Assembly (NCBI GenBank): GCA_040398005.1
Contig: JBBAUX010000007.1
Coordinates: 35,621 to 99,620 of the forward strand
Length of the DNA stretch: 64,000 bases
Reading direction: 5' to 3'
Origin: Opitutales bacterium
GTDB taxonomy: Bacteria > Verrucomicrobiota > Verrucomicrobiia > Opitutales > UBA953
The notes beneath the pieces are model-generated. The model had not been told where the DNA came from. It ran no database searches and was given only the letters and a program-made list of their open reading frames with translations. The translations under genes were made by a program, and so were the position numbers. Shown one piece after another: positions 38,471-48,614 of the stretch (the first letter of the stretch is position 1; each line of letters opens with the position of its first letter).

Positions 38471-39376
38471 ATGAAACCAACTCTTCTCGTTATGGCTGCC
38501 GGTATGGGTTCGCGTTATGGCGGACTTAAGCAAATCGACTCGATGGGCCCATCGGGCGAAACCATTCTCGATTATTCCGTCTTTGATGCCATCCGCGCTG
38601 GCTTTGGTAAAGTCGTGTTCATTATCCGACCCGACTTCGAAAAAGATTTTCGGGAACGTATTGGTAGTAAATTCTCCAATAAAATCGAAGTAGATTACGC
38701 GTTCCAGACGATTGATAAATTACCTCAAGGTTTCAGCGTTCCAGCCGGACGTGAAAAGCCCTGGGGCACCACCCATGCGATTTTATGTGCACGTGATGTA
38801 GTTAAAACTCCATTCGCCGTAATCAACGCTGATGACTTTTACGGCAGCGATTCATACGCGGTACTCGGTAAAAAACTTTCGACCACCGCCAATAACGAAA
38901 CGCATTACAACATGGTGGGGTTCACTTTAAAAAACACCCTCTCCGATCACGGCACCGTCGCTCGTGGTGTTTGTCGTCAGAATGACAAAGGTTTTCTCAC
39001 CGACATCCAAGAGCTTTTGAAAATTGCCAAAACGGAATCAGGCGCACAAAACGTCGCGGACGATGGTACGGTTACTCAGCTCAACGGCGATGAACCGGTT
39101 TCGATGAACATGTGGGGCTTCACGCCAAGCATCTTCCCACAGTTAGAAACACTCTTCAAAAAATTCTTAACCGAAAAAGGTGCGGAATTAAAAAGCGAAT
39201 GCTACATTCCACTCAGCCTCGGTGAAATCGTGAAGAACGGAGAGGGCGACTGTGCCGTCTTACGGACCAGTTCATCCTGGTTCGGCGTTACCTATCGCGA
39301 AGACAAACCCATCGTCCAGGCCAGCATTCAAAAATTGGTGAACGAAGGTTCCTACCCGTCTAATCTTTGGGCTTAG
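38471..39376 (+). CDS. Sugar-phosphate nucleotidyltransferase family protein
   Basis: MAAGMGSRYGGLKQ, KPWGT.HA, INADDFYG, SMNMWGF and WFGVTY.ED. Confidence 0.88.
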   Translation: MKPTLLVMAAGMGSRYGGLKQIDSMGPSGETILDYSVFDAIRAGFGKVVFIIRPDFEKDFRERIGSKFSNKIEVDYAFQTIDKLPQGFSVPAGREKPWGTTHAILCARDVVKTPFAVINADDFYGSDSYAVLGKKLSTTANNETHYNMVGFTLKNTLSDHGTVARGVCRQNDKGFLTDIQELLKIAKTESGAQNVADDGTVTQLNGDEPVSMNMWGFTPSIFPQLETLFKKFLTEKGAELKSECYIPLSLGEIVKNGEGDCAVLRTSSSWFGVTYREDKPIVQASIQKLVNEGSYPSNLWA

Positions 39377-40236
39377 TTAGTGACGCGAAGAGGAGCGACT
39401 AAGTAATCGTTCTCACCGTCATCGATATTAATCCAAATTTCGTAATCCCCTGCGGCGGGTAATTTGAGCTTAAAGACTAAAGTCGGCTGTGACTCATACT
39501 CTTGGCCTTCGAGCGAAGGGTGCATATGTGCGTAGCCGGTCTTCTTCGGATCGGTCGAAAAGATTACAGCATGCCCTAAGGTTCCCATAATCGGTTTTAA
39601 TTTGAGAGCCTGAGATGTCGTGCCCGATGCGAGCTTAACTCTTAAGGTAGCCGATTCACCCGTCTTGTAGGTATTCGCAGTCAGAGAAATAATTTTATTA
39701 CGACTTACTCGATCGCCTAGTTCCGATCCGTTAGACCAAGTTCCATAGGCTTCCGCTAAAATTGTTCGACCCGACCGTAAGGGTACAAAATCGATATAAG
39801 CCTGTATGGCCCCACCGGGATTTCCTTTTAAGAACTCCTCGGGAAATTTAAAACGCCAAACGCCAAAATCATCTGAGACGGGATGTAAATGGATGTAATC
39901 TTTGCGGCCGGTATTTTGTTTTAAATGTAAGTGCACTTTCTGAGTATGCGATATAGCGATTTCATAATCATAAAACAATTTACCGTCCGTTTTAACTAAG
40001 CGTAGCTCGCCATCCTTCTGATTAAATTTAATTTCAGCTTTTACCGGAAATTGTAGGTCTTTAGGGCTATAGAAATTGGCCTGCTCATTTACTCCACAGA
40101 ACTCTAGGCCTCTGTCTAATACCGGCTGGTGGTCTACATGTAATAACGCACAATGCGTATCGGGTAGTGATTTCAGTAAAACAAATAAACCGAGTGCGAG
40201 TACGGAGATTAAAATAAGCTGACGACGTTTATTCAT
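39373..40236 (-). CDS. Exported His-motif protein, putative metal (copper) binding
   Basis: N-terminal TM. Motifs H..KVHLH, YIHLHP, MG.LGH and YAHMHP form two internally similar halves. ATGA overlap with the SCO gene. Confidence 0.5.
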   Translation of the reverse strand: MNKRRQLILISVLALGLFVLLKSLPDTHCALLHVDHQPVLDRGLEFCGVNEQANFYSPKDLQFPVKAEIKFNQKDGELRLVKTDGKLFYDYEIAISHTQKVHLHLKQNTGRKDYIHLHPVSDDFGVWRFKFPEEFLKGNPGGAIQAYIDFVPLRSGRTILAEAYGTWSNGSELGDRVSRNKIISLTANTYKTGESATLRVKLASGTTSQALKLKPIMGTLGHAVIFSTDPKKTGYAHMHPSLEGQEYESQPTLVFKLKLPAAGDYEIWINIDDGENDYLVAPLRVTN

Positions 40237-41069
40237 TTCGTAGGAGGCACTTGATTTAACTTAAGGAAGTAATCAGCGACGTCGACTGGGTCAAATTGTG
40301 CACCCTCGCGACGGTGAATAATTCGGCCCTCGGGACTAACGATAACCAGTGCGGCGTTGTGGATAATAGTGCCATCGGACTGAGTCGTCAGAATACCAAA
40401 CTGCCGCATCAAATCTTTAATCTGATTCGCATCACCGGTCAGAAAATTATGGCGGGCAGAATTAATACCATAACCCGCAGCATAGGTATTCAAGATTCCC
40501 GGCGAATCGTTCTGCGGATCAAAACTCACGGATAGGAGTTTAACATTCGCGAGTTGCGGTGACTTATCCAACTCCTCGGCCAAGCGTTTCATACATTGCG
40601 TAGACGCCGGGCACATCAGTGCATTACGGCAACGCGTAAAGATGAAGTTAATCGCCAAGGGCTGACCGAGAAAATCTTTCTTGAACAGAAGTTTAGCGTT
40701 TTGATTCCACAGAGCCATCGGGGGCATTAAATCATTGGCACCACGTGAGACGATGCGTCCGCGTTCAACGGTATCACGGCGCAGGGCATCGGTCACCTCG
40801 GCCACTAGACGCAGCTCCTCGGGGTCGGCAGGAAAGATTAAGTCCGCACGAATCGCTCCCTGATTTTGTACCAAAGTACACTTCACGATTTTTTGCGACC
40901 AGTTAAGGGCGACGTCGCCCGGCAGCAATTGAATGGTCTTAAGTTCTTTATTGGTCTGAAATTGAGCCGTCGACTGAGCGACATCTACCGAAATAATTTT
41001 TCCCTCTAGGGTCTGAGCGTCCAATCGATTCAGGATAAAAAATCCGACGCACAATAAAAAGTATTTCAT
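40233..41069 (-). CDS. SCO1/SenC family protein with N-terminal extension
   Basis: FIFTRC.....CP, SVSFDP..D.P, FLTG and conserved His (IIHN). Confidence 0.85.
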   Translation of the reverse strand: MKYFLLCVGFFILNRLDAQTLEGKIISVDVAQSTAQFQTNKELKTIQLLPGDVALNWSQKIVKCTLVQNQGAIRADLIFPADPEELRLVAEVTDALRRDTVERGRIVSRGANDLMPPMALWNQNAKLLFKKDFLGQPLAINFIFTRCRNALMCPASTQCMKRLAEELDKSPQLANVKLLSVSFDPQNDSPGILNTYAAGYGINSARHNFLTGDANQIKDLMRQFGILTTQSDGTIIHNAALVIVSPEGRIIHRREGAQFDPVDVADYFLKLNQVPPTK

Positions 41070-41995
41070 GAATGCGTGGCTTCTTCTGCGATGAGTAGTT
41101 GAATCATTCCTTGTCGAACTCCATAGTGAGTAAGATAGAAGGCTTCAGCCTGAGTCAAATCGGCGAGCACACAAATGGTCAGTAATGCCGCTGGCATGAT
41201 GTCTAGGCGATCGGCTGGAATGCCTTTTAACTGCTTTCGCTCATCCGACGTTGATTTACAGATTCGGTCCTTTAATTCGCGAATACGTAATACGGGGAGT
41301 CGCCCCGACACCGGTGCCTCGCCCAAGGCTTCGAGATAAAGTGCTATTGCCGTAAAGGCTCCACCGGCTCCAACGAGTAAAGAATCTCGGGCTGCTTCAT
41401 TCAACAAGGCATCTTGAAGTTGAGAGCGAATAATGGTCTCAAAACTTAATTGATGTGCCTCGTCGATCACTCCGTTGGGGCTTGCTTGTAGTTGAGACGT
41501 TAAACGTACGGAGCCCAGTGGATAACTTCGGGCAAAGGTGCATTGTTTGCCGTGCAATTTACTGATCTCCAAACTTCCGCCACCTAAATCAAAGGCGAGG
41601 ATGTTTCGGTAATTAGCATAGACGGGATCCACGCGGACGCCCTGTGCCGCTAAGCGCGCTTCGACTTCACCTGAAATGATCGTCAAGGGCATGCCACACA
41701 GTTCCATGATTTTAGCAGAGAACTCTTCGCGATTAACGCACTCGCGGACCGCACTCGTTCCCAGAAGAACAATCTTTTGGGCACCTTTATCTTGGGCGAA
41801 TTTTACCAAACGAGCTACTGCCTGAGCACCCTGTTCAAGTTTATCGGGATGCAGTCTCACCGGGTTTTCGCCCGATGGAAAAAGTCTCACCGATTCCGTG
41901 GATCGACCCAGCTCCTTCATGCCATCGCTATCAACCACAGTCACTTTGAGAGAATTTGATCCAATATCGACGACTGCAAAAAGGGTATTCGACAT
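41066..41995 (-). CDS. ppx: Ppx/GppA exopolyphosphatase family (short form)
   Basis: VDIGSNS, TSAVRE, SG..EA, DLGGGSLE, LGSVRL and R.DIM. Confidence 0.9.
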   Translation of the reverse strand: MSNTLFAVVDIGSNSLKVTVVDSDGMKELGRSTESVRLFPSGENPVRLHPDKLEQGAQAVARLVKFAQDKGAQKIVLLGTSAVRECVNREEFSAKIMELCGMPLTIISGEVEARLAAQGVRVDPVYANYRNILAFDLGGGSLEISKLHGKQCTFARSYPLGSVRLTSQLQASPNGVIDEAHQLSFETIIRSQLQDALLNEAARDSLLVGAGGAFTAIALYLEALGEAPVSGRLPVLRIRELKDRICKSTSDERKQLKGIPADRLDIMPAALLTICVLADLTQAEAFYLTHYGVRQGMIQLLIAEEATHS

Positions 41996-41997
41996 AA

Positions 41998-42963
41998 TTA
42001 AAAACTGATCACTCCTTTGAATCCACCAAAGTAATGTGATTGGGCCTGCGTTTCGAAATCCTTCGTCCGTATGGCCAGATAGTATGTTACCGATGTTCGA
42101 TAAATACTGGCGGTGGCACCGACCAATAATTGTCCAACCACGGGTGTGCGAATGACGCGGGCAGACTCTCTAAACGTAGTTCCATCCGTCGCATAATTTT
42201 TGAATACAAACTCGAGCTGAGCATCAGTGAAAAAGTAAGAGGAAAAAGTGTGCGGGTATAGACCGTCCGAACGATAATGGGGACTAAACGCACTGCTGTG
42301 TCGAATGGTACCCTGCCCCCAAGTGTCTTGGAGATTTACGCCCCAGCGGACTTGAGCCCCGAGCGCTAACTGAGTGCGGATAGTGCCTAACTGTACTTGG
42401 GCATGGGCGATTACATCACGCAAATTTCTGCCTGAATCATCCCAGACTATTTTGCGTTTAAATTCGGCATTCAGATTAAACACCGGCTCAGTGGGAATTT
42501 GACTGCCCCATCCAGAGGGTGTGTTGATGCCAATGATATGGTGGAATTTATCCTGAATCGTTTCTGCACCTGAAGCTGGGCCCGTGACCCCGACCTGTCC
42601 TTCCACCGTAAAGAGACAATCGCGACGACCACCGCGTTCCAATACGGTGCCATATCCATAAGTTAAATATAAGATACCTGAATAAGGTTGATCGGTTGCA
42701 CTCGGAACCGGATTTTCGGTATCGGCCGGCGTGTTAATCTCTTGAGTCAGAGCCCAATAAAAATTCGGGTCGTTTTGAAAATGAATACGTAAACCCTGCG
42801 TGTAATATTTATCGGTATTTTTTATACTGAATTTATCATTTTCTTCCGTCAGACCGACTATTGGGTGGATGCCTTCCGAATCGTGTGAGAGGTGCAGCGT
42901 GGGAGCCGAGCTTTGGGCCAATACGGCAGTCGACCAGACTAAATGGAATAACGTTCGGCGCAT
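41998..42963 (-). CDS. Lipid A 3'-O-deacylase LpxR family outer-membrane protein (DUF2219)
   Basis: END.F...D.YYTQG, Q.I.TP, DQPYSG.L, GP.SGA..IQ..FH, GW..QI and C-terminal F. Confidence 0.85.
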   Translation of the reverse strand: MRRTLFHLVWSTAVLAQSSAPTLHLSHDSEGIHPIVGLTEENDKFSIKNTDKYYTQGLRIHFQNDPNFYWALTQEINTPADTENPVPSATDQPYSGILYLTYGYGTVLERGGRRDCLFTVEGQVGVTGPASGAETIQDKFHHIIGINTPSGWGSQIPTEPVFNLNAEFKRKIVWDDSGRNLRDVIAHAQVQLGTIRTQLALGAQVRWGVNLQDTWGQGTIRHSSAFSPHYRSDGLYPHTFSSYFFTDAQLEFVFKNYATDGTTFRESARVIRTPVVGQLLVGATASIYRTSVTYYLAIRTKDFETQAQSHYFGGFKGVISF

Positions 42964-43054
42964 TTAAGGAAGGGTCAGCAAATCGATATTAGGCACGAGG
43001 GACAATGCCTTTCTGCTTGTTTAATGAGGGTTGCCCAAGTATCTGATTATCAGG

Positions 43055-44149
43055 ATGTCAGAGAAATCAGCACGTCAGGCCAGCATTTCGACCGAAAACC
43101 AGACGGGCGGAATGACTGTTATCAAAATAAGTGGCTCCTGGCGGATTAATCAGCCACTTCCTAGTCTGACTTTCAAGGGCGATCAGGTTAAAATTATCAG
43201 TGACGGCTTAGAAGATTTCGACTCCGCACTCCCCGCCTGGATTCATCATAATTTCAAAAATATCCGAGAGCTCGATTTATCCGAACTTCCTAACCGACTG
43301 CAATCACTCGTTCGTCTAGCCGAAAAAAATACACAGTGGAAATCAGAAGATGAAAAACCTAATTTCCTCGAAAATTTTGGAGTCTGGGGAATTGAAAGTT
43401 ACAGCTCGTGGGGTCGCGCGATGGACCACATCGGCCAAACGAGTGCTAGCTTGTTCCGAACACTGATTGGTAGAAGCAAAGTCAACTGGGCTGATTTCAC
43501 GCTGCAGTTACAAACCGCGGGTGTGGATGCCCTCCCCATCGTCGCCCTACTGGGTTTTTTGACCGGACTAATTATGGCCTATGTCGGATTAATCCAATTA
43601 CGCCAAGTGGGTGCCACCGTCTATGTGGCTAATTTAGTAGCCCTTGCGATGACCCGTGAAATGGGGGCACTCATGACGGGCGTGATTGCCTGCGGACGAA
43701 CCTCGACCTCTTTTGCCTCCCAACTCGGCAGTATGAATGTCAGTCAAGAATCCGATGCGTTGCGTGCCCTTGGAATAAATCCCGTAGAATACTTAGCCGT
43801 ACCTCGTATTCTGGCCGTAACACTCATGGTGCCGCTCTTAAGTCTCTTCGCCACCTTCGTCGGTATTTTCGGCGGTATGATCGTAGCCTGTGCGGGCGAC
43901 CTCAGTATCGATCAATATTTAAATCAGGCGATTAAAGCGATTACGTTCAAAAGTTTCTTAGTCGGTTTCATCAAATCATTCTTCTTCGCTTTCATCGCAG
44001 CTTGGGCGGGTTGCTATCGTGGTTATGTTGCCCAACGTTCTGCTTTAGGCGTCGGCGATGCCGCCACTTCCGCTGCGGTGCTAGGCATCACGCTCATCAT
44101 CATCGCAGACGCGATTTTCGCCGTCATCTTCAACCTATATAATTTTTAA
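43055..44149 (+). CDS. MlaE family ABC permease
   Basis: G..ALPIV, REMGALMTG, GR....A.QLGSM.V.QE.DAL and VG.AAT.A.V. Start ATG 43055 is uncertain. Confidence 0.9.
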   Translation: MSEKSARQASISTENQTGGMTVIKISGSWRINQPLPSLTFKGDQVKIISDGLEDFDSALPAWIHHNFKNIRELDLSELPNRLQSLVRLAEKNTQWKSEDEKPNFLENFGVWGIESYSSWGRAMDHIGQTSASLFRTLIGRSKVNWADFTLQLQTAGVDALPIVALLGFLTGLIMAYVGLIQLRQVGATVYVANLVALAMTREMGALMTGVIACGRTSTSFASQLGSMNVSQESDALRALGINPVEYLAVPRILAVTLMVPLLSLFATFVGIFGGMIVACAGDLSIDQYLNQAIKAITFKSFLVGFIKSFFFAFIAAWAGCYRGYVAQRSALGVGDAATSAAVLGITLIIIADAIFAVIFNLYNF

Positions 44150-44152
44150 TTA

Positions 44153-44914
44153 ATGGACGCCACTGCCCCCATTTTAAATTGCGCTAAACTTTCCGTTGGC
44201 TACGGCGACGTCACCGTGATGAAAGATATTTCGTTCTCATTAGAACGCGGAAAAATTCTCGCAATTGTCGGCCCCAGTGGCTGCGGTAAAAGTACTCTCA
44301 TGCGTGTCTTGGGCGGACTCGATGAACCGATGTCTGGAAGCTGCGAATTACTGGGTGTCGATTTAAGCCAAGCTGATAGTCGAGTACGTGAAGCGACCCT
44401 TCGGCAATCAGGCTTTCTCTTCCAGGGCTCCGCTCTCTTCTCCTCTCTCACGCTCCGCGAAAATATCGAAATGCCGATGCGCGAGTTTTTGAAAATCTCT
44501 TCTAGTCAAATCCGCCAACTCGCTGAATATAAATTAGCGTGCGTTGGTTTGTCCGATGCGATTGATAAACTACCTTCCGAAATCAGTGGCGGTATGGCCA
44601 AACGCGCTGGTATTGCCCGCGCTATGGCACTGGATCCTGAAATTTTATTTTTAGACGAACCCAGTGCGGGCTTAGATCCGCTGACCTCGGAACGTTTAGA
44701 CGATTTAATTCTCAAGGTTAGGGAGTCTTTCAATACCTCAATTGTCCTGGTTAGTCACGAGGTCCCCAGCATTTTACACACCGCAGACTATTGCGTTTAC
44801 CTCGATTCCGACACGGCCACCATGGGTGCTTACGCTCCACCAAAAGACTTCCTTGACCCCAAGTCTCATGCTAAAGCACACTCTTTCTTCTCTCGGGCCG
44901 TCACTCCTAAATAA
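44153..44914 (+). CDS. MlaF family ABC ATPase
   Basis: GPSGCGKS, FQ..ALFSS, ISGGM.KRAGIARA and DEPSAGLDP. Confidence 0.92.
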   Translation: MDATAPILNCAKLSVGYGDVTVMKDISFSLERGKILAIVGPSGCGKSTLMRVLGGLDEPMSGSCELLGVDLSQADSRVREATLRQSGFLFQGSALFSSLTLRENIEMPMREFLKISSSQIRQLAEYKLACVGLSDAIDKLPSEISGGMAKRAGIARAMALDPEILFLDEPSAGLDPLTSERLDDLILKVRESFNTSIVLVSHEVPSILHTADYCVYLDSDTATMGAYAPPKDFLDPKSHAKAHSFFSRAVTPK

Positions 44915-44916
44915 TC

Positions 44917-45957
44917 ATGCGTCGCAAGGCTAACAAATCACTTATTGGCGCTTTTGTCGCAGGCGGAATTCTTTTATTTATCCTAGCGTTTATCCTGCTC
45001 GGTGCGGGGAGTCTTTCGGGTACGAAACCGACCGCCGTCAGCTACTTCCAAGACTCTGTCAGCGGACTTGATATTGGTGCACCCGTCAAATTCCGGGGCG
45101 TCACCATCGGAAAAGTTTCTCAAGTACTTTTGCGCACCGCCGCCCAAGCATCCAGCGATTACTCGGTTCCTGTAGTGATGGAGTTCACGCCCGATTTACT
45201 GACTCGGCGTGGATTAGATCAAGCTCTCTTAGATAAGACCGGCTTACGTGGCTCCATCGAAAAAGGTCTGCGCGCTAAATTACAACAACAGTCCGTTATT
45301 ACGGGCGTGCTCTATGTTGAGTTAGATTATTTTCCGGACAGCGAATATAAGCTGCATGACCTGCGTGGCGACACCGCAGAAATTCCCACCCTGCCTTCCA
45401 ATCTCGGTGCCCTCACCAAAGCCGTCTCCCAAACGCTCAATCAATTAAGCAAAGTCGACTTCATTGCGATTACTCAAAAAGTAGACTCGATCCTCGGACG
45501 CATCGATAAAGGCGCTTCCGAAATTGAGTTTCAAAAAATAAATAAGAATCTCGTCACCGCCTCCGATAATATCGTGAAAATCACGGGCAATCCCGCGATC
45601 ACCCAAGCAGTGTCCGATTTTTCGGCCGCCATGCGATCAGTCGACGAATTAGTGAAACGTTTTAATGCTAAAGTGGACCCTGTCGCGGATGACCTTCAAT
45701 CCATGGCTTCAGCTGGGCGTAAGGCCTTGGAACGTCTGAACGAAACTGCGGAGAATGTACGCGGATTAACCAAGCCCGGTTCGCCAACCAGACGGGAATT
45801 GGACGCTGCCTTAGCTGACGTTTCGGAAGCGGCAACGGCTATTCGTTCTTTAGCTGACTTCATCGAGCGTAATCCGGAAACGATTATTCAAGGTCGTGGA
45901 CAAAAGAAAATTAATACGACTCCCACTGAAAACTCTAAACCCGAGGAAACCCAATGA
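44917..45957 (+). CDS. MlaD/MCE domain protein with long helical tail
   Basis: IG.FV, F..SVSGL.IGAPVKFRGV.IG.V, LRA.L....ITG.LYVELD and ERNPE.II.G. Confidence 0.9.
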   Translation: MRRKANKSLIGAFVAGGILLFILAFILLGAGSLSGTKPTAVSYFQDSVSGLDIGAPVKFRGVTIGKVSQVLLRTAAQASSDYSVPVVMEFTPDLLTRRGLDQALLDKTGLRGSIEKGLRAKLQQQSVITGVLYVELDYFPDSEYKLHDLRGDTAEIPTLPSNLGALTKAVSQTLNQLSKVDFIAITQKVDSILGRIDKGASEIEFQKINKNLVTASDNIVKITGNPAITQAVSDFSAAMRSVDELVKRFNAKVDPVADDLQSMASAGRKALERLNETAENVRGLTKPGSPTRRELDAALADVSEAATAIRSLADFIERNPETIIQGRGQKKINTTPTENSKPEETQ

Positions 45958-46535
45958 GTAAATTGAGAATGCTACTTTGCTTGGTTACCTCGAGTCTCAT
46001 CACCGGCTGCATTACCTTTGATCAAAAAAGTGAATCGGTAACTTTTCATCAACTCTCCGCACCCGTAACGACGCCCAACAAAAAGTCTCCCGTTATTTAT
46101 ATTCCCAGAGCGAATATTCCCGTCAGCCTACGCCGCCCCACCCTAGTTATTGCTGATGAAAGTCGTGTGATCAAAATAGACGATTCACAACGCTGGATTG
46201 CTTCACTCGATCGCGCCGTCAGCGAAATCGTTGGCCGCAATCTCACCCAGCAAACAGGACTGCCCTTCGAACTACAAACACCCAACGAAAATTACATAGT
46301 TCTATTTATCGATGTTGAAGCGATGTTTCTCTCATCACAATCCACGGTCCTCCAATTACATTACCGCATCGAAGACGCCCAAGGAAAATCTTTAAGTCAG
46401 GGCCAAGGACAATGGAAAGCCAAACGTTCCGAGAATCCGATCGACTACGTGAATGCGCAGTCAGAAAATTTTGCGAACGCCGCAGTGCAAATGGCTAAAG
46501 ATATCAAACTACTTACGGAAAATAAAACTCCATGA
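45954..46535 (+). CDS. PqiC-like ABC auxiliary lipoprotein
   Basis: Lipobox LITGC, L.RP.LV, RW...LD. Follows the MCE gene. Confidence 0.75.
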   Translation: MSKLRMLLCLVTSSLITGCITFDQKSESVTFHQLSAPVTTPNKKSPVIYIPRANIPVSLRRPTLVIADESRVIKIDDSQRWIASLDRAVSEIVGRNLTQQTGLPFELQTPNENYIVLFIDVEAMFLSSQSTVLQLHYRIEDAQGKSLSQGQGQWKAKRSENPIDYVNAQSENFANAAVQMAKDIKLLTENKTP

Positions 46536-47005
46536 CCGATTCTACCACTCCACGCCCCAATGGATTTAGTGAAGCGACCGGCGAAATCTGTTATGATTTA
46601 CCGTCCGCTTATATTCCGCATCCTGCCACTGGATTGCTCCATCTTCCACGCTTCCTGGGTAAGATTCGTAAACATCTTAAAGGCGAGTTACCTAAATCCT
46701 ATCAAAGAAATTTCTGTAAAGGCTTTGATCGCTTTTTATGTCTCCACTTAGCGGTCGACCCTGAACAAGTCATCGAATGCGTAAAAAATGCCCAAGATGA
46801 AAATGACTTGAACGTCCGTTTAATGAATCTTTTCCCGAAAGACCTTCGTGTGCATGTCTGGAATCGTGAATTAGTACAAAAAGGAATGAGTGAAATGGGT
46901 CGAGAAGCCCTAAAAGACGCCAAACGCAAAATGAATTCACTTCATCGCACGGATGTTCTTTCCTTTGCTGACATGATTGATTTTGATGAAGGTCGAATCC
47001 AGTGA
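46532..47005 (+). CDS. DUF5069-like protein
   Basis: GL.HLPRFLGKIR....GELP..Y, G.D..L..HL and F.DMID.DEGR. Confidence 0.7.
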   Translation: MTDSTTPRPNGFSEATGEICYDLPSAYIPHPATGLLHLPRFLGKIRKHLKGELPKSYQRNFCKGFDRFLCLHLAVDPEQVIECVKNAQDENDLNVRLMNLFPKDLRVHVWNRELVQKGMSEMGREALKDAKRKMNSLHRTDVLSFADMIDFDEGRIQ

Positions 47006-47832
47006 GTACCGACACCTCCAATCCTAATCGAGTTATTCTGCGAGGTCTCCCCGCTGTTTTAGCATGCATCGAACTTCATCCCAGGTCTTTGCGTGAAATC
47101 CATGCTTCGCCGAAATGTGTACCGAGTCTCTCGAGTCACATCATTCCCCTCGAAGCTCTCGGTGTAAAACTACACACGACTTCCGCTTTTGACATGTCGC
47201 ACATCGCGGGAACGGATTGTGATGATGTTTGTGCGATCACCATGCGCCCCGAACCTGGTCACGTCCGCGTTTCCGATTTCTCCGAGTGGCGCGAAGCACA
47301 CGAAACGGTCGTCATTGCCAATCATATTTCTCGTCCAGGAGACCTCGCAGCCATCGCCCGTTCGATGGCAGCATTCGGACTTAAAAGACTTCTCCTCTCT
47401 TCCGGCACCGAAAATTTAGCGTTTAATTCCGATACTTGGACGCTCGCTCAAGGTGCGATGGAACACGTACGCATCATGCGCGCCGCGGCCCTCGGTGGAT
47501 TACTTAAACTCGTTAAAGAAAAATGCTGTGTGGTGGCGCTGACCGGTAAAATCGGTCGCAAGATTGACCTAGGAACCCCGGTTCGCGTCCCTGGTCGACA
47601 CATCGCCCTATTGATCTCTGGAAACGAGCTAGACCCTGATTTACAGCCTCGAATTGAACATACCTATCGCTTCCCGGGCAACGTAAACAACCTGCCTTTA
47701 AGCTTAGCCGAGGCCGCCCCGATCGCCATCGCCTGGATTGCCTCCACGCCCCAACCCCGCGAGGATGGATTTTTAGCCCGTAAAAGGGCTCGTCACACCA
47801 AGTCACCTGAGATTAAACCTCCCAGCGAATAA
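47002..47832 (+). CDS. TrmH/SpoU-like SPOUT RNA methyltransferase homologue (motifs degenerate)
   Basis: Overall layout fits (I..P.DLAAIARS.AAFG, AQGAMEHV, .PG....LSLAEAA), but canonical NxG, GxExxG and SLN are altered. Confidence 0.6.
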   Translation: MSTDTSNPNRVILRGLPAVLACIELHPRSLREIHASPKCVPSLSSHIIPLEALGVKLHTTSAFDMSHIAGTDCDDVCAITMRPEPGHVRVSDFSEWREAHETVVIANHISRPGDLAAIARSMAAFGLKRLLLSSGTENLAFNSDTWTLAQGAMEHVRIMRAAALGGLLKLVKEKCCVVALTGKIGRKIDLGTPVRVPGRHIALLISGNELDPDLQPRIEHTYRFPGNVNNLPLSLAEAAPIAIAWIASTPQPREDGFLARKRARHTKSPEIKPPSE

Positions 47833-47838
47833 TTTAAG

Positions 47839-48609
47839 ATGTCTAACCAACAACCCAATCCCGATGAGAGCGTCATCTCACTTCAGAATATTAGCCGAAG
47901 TTTTCTGACCGCCCTCCAACGTCAACACGATATGTTGGCATTCACTCTCGCCGGCGTGCGCACGTCCGATGCGAAGATTTACGATTACTATTCGAACGTT
48001 TCACGTATTATGCCAGCACCCGCTGCGCACCTCACTCACGAACAGATGGTCGCTTACTCTCGCGGACTACTCTTACGCACGAGCATTAACGACCTCTTAG
48101 CACTTTCCGCTGAAGTCATGAATCAAGTTCATCTTCTTTGTCTCTTAATCAAAACCCGCGGTCGAAATGTCGAAAGTAATCCCGAAGCCGATAAAATTAT
48201 CGGACAAAAACAAGAGGCCTTCGTCAGAATGAATCTCCAAGAAAAGTTTAACGAGTTTGAACAGACTTATCATATTATCAGCGAACTCGAAGACGCTATT
48301 TTCAGCATCGCGGCCGCACTACGAGTTTTAGCCCGTACCGGAATGGTGACCAATGATGATATTTCACCCGATGGCTCACTCACCCTTGAATTTAAAGCGA
48401 TGAAAGACATCGACGGTCCAGACTCGACTGAAGCGGGTGCTAAAAAAACCAAGATGGTCGACACCCAACGCACCTTTCGTCCCGGCGAAATGCTTGATTT
48501 AACCGATGAAGAATTACTGGGCTTAAATATCACCGTCGCCAAATTCTTCCATAGTCTTTTCCGCTCGGTCGATGAGTTTGGACGCGAGCAGCTCGGCGGT
48601 AACAAGTAG
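47839..48609 (+). CDS. Hypothetical protein (helical, cytoplasmic)
   Basis: 256-aa ORF packed between co-oriented genes with 6- and 5-nt gaps. No motif recognised. Confidence 0.75.
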   Translation: MSNQQPNPDESVISLQNISRSFLTALQRQHDMLAFTLAGVRTSDAKIYDYYSNVSRIMPAPAAHLTHEQMVAYSRGLLLRTSINDLLALSAEVMNQVHLLCLLIKTRGRNVESNPEADKIIGQKQEAFVRMNLQEKFNEFEQTYHIISELEDAIFSIAAALRVLARTGMVTNDDISPDGSLTLEFKAMKDIDGPDSTEAGAKKTKMVDTQRTFRPGEMLDLTDEELLGLNITVAKFFHSLFRSVDEFGREQLGGNK

Positions 48610-48614
48610 AAAGT

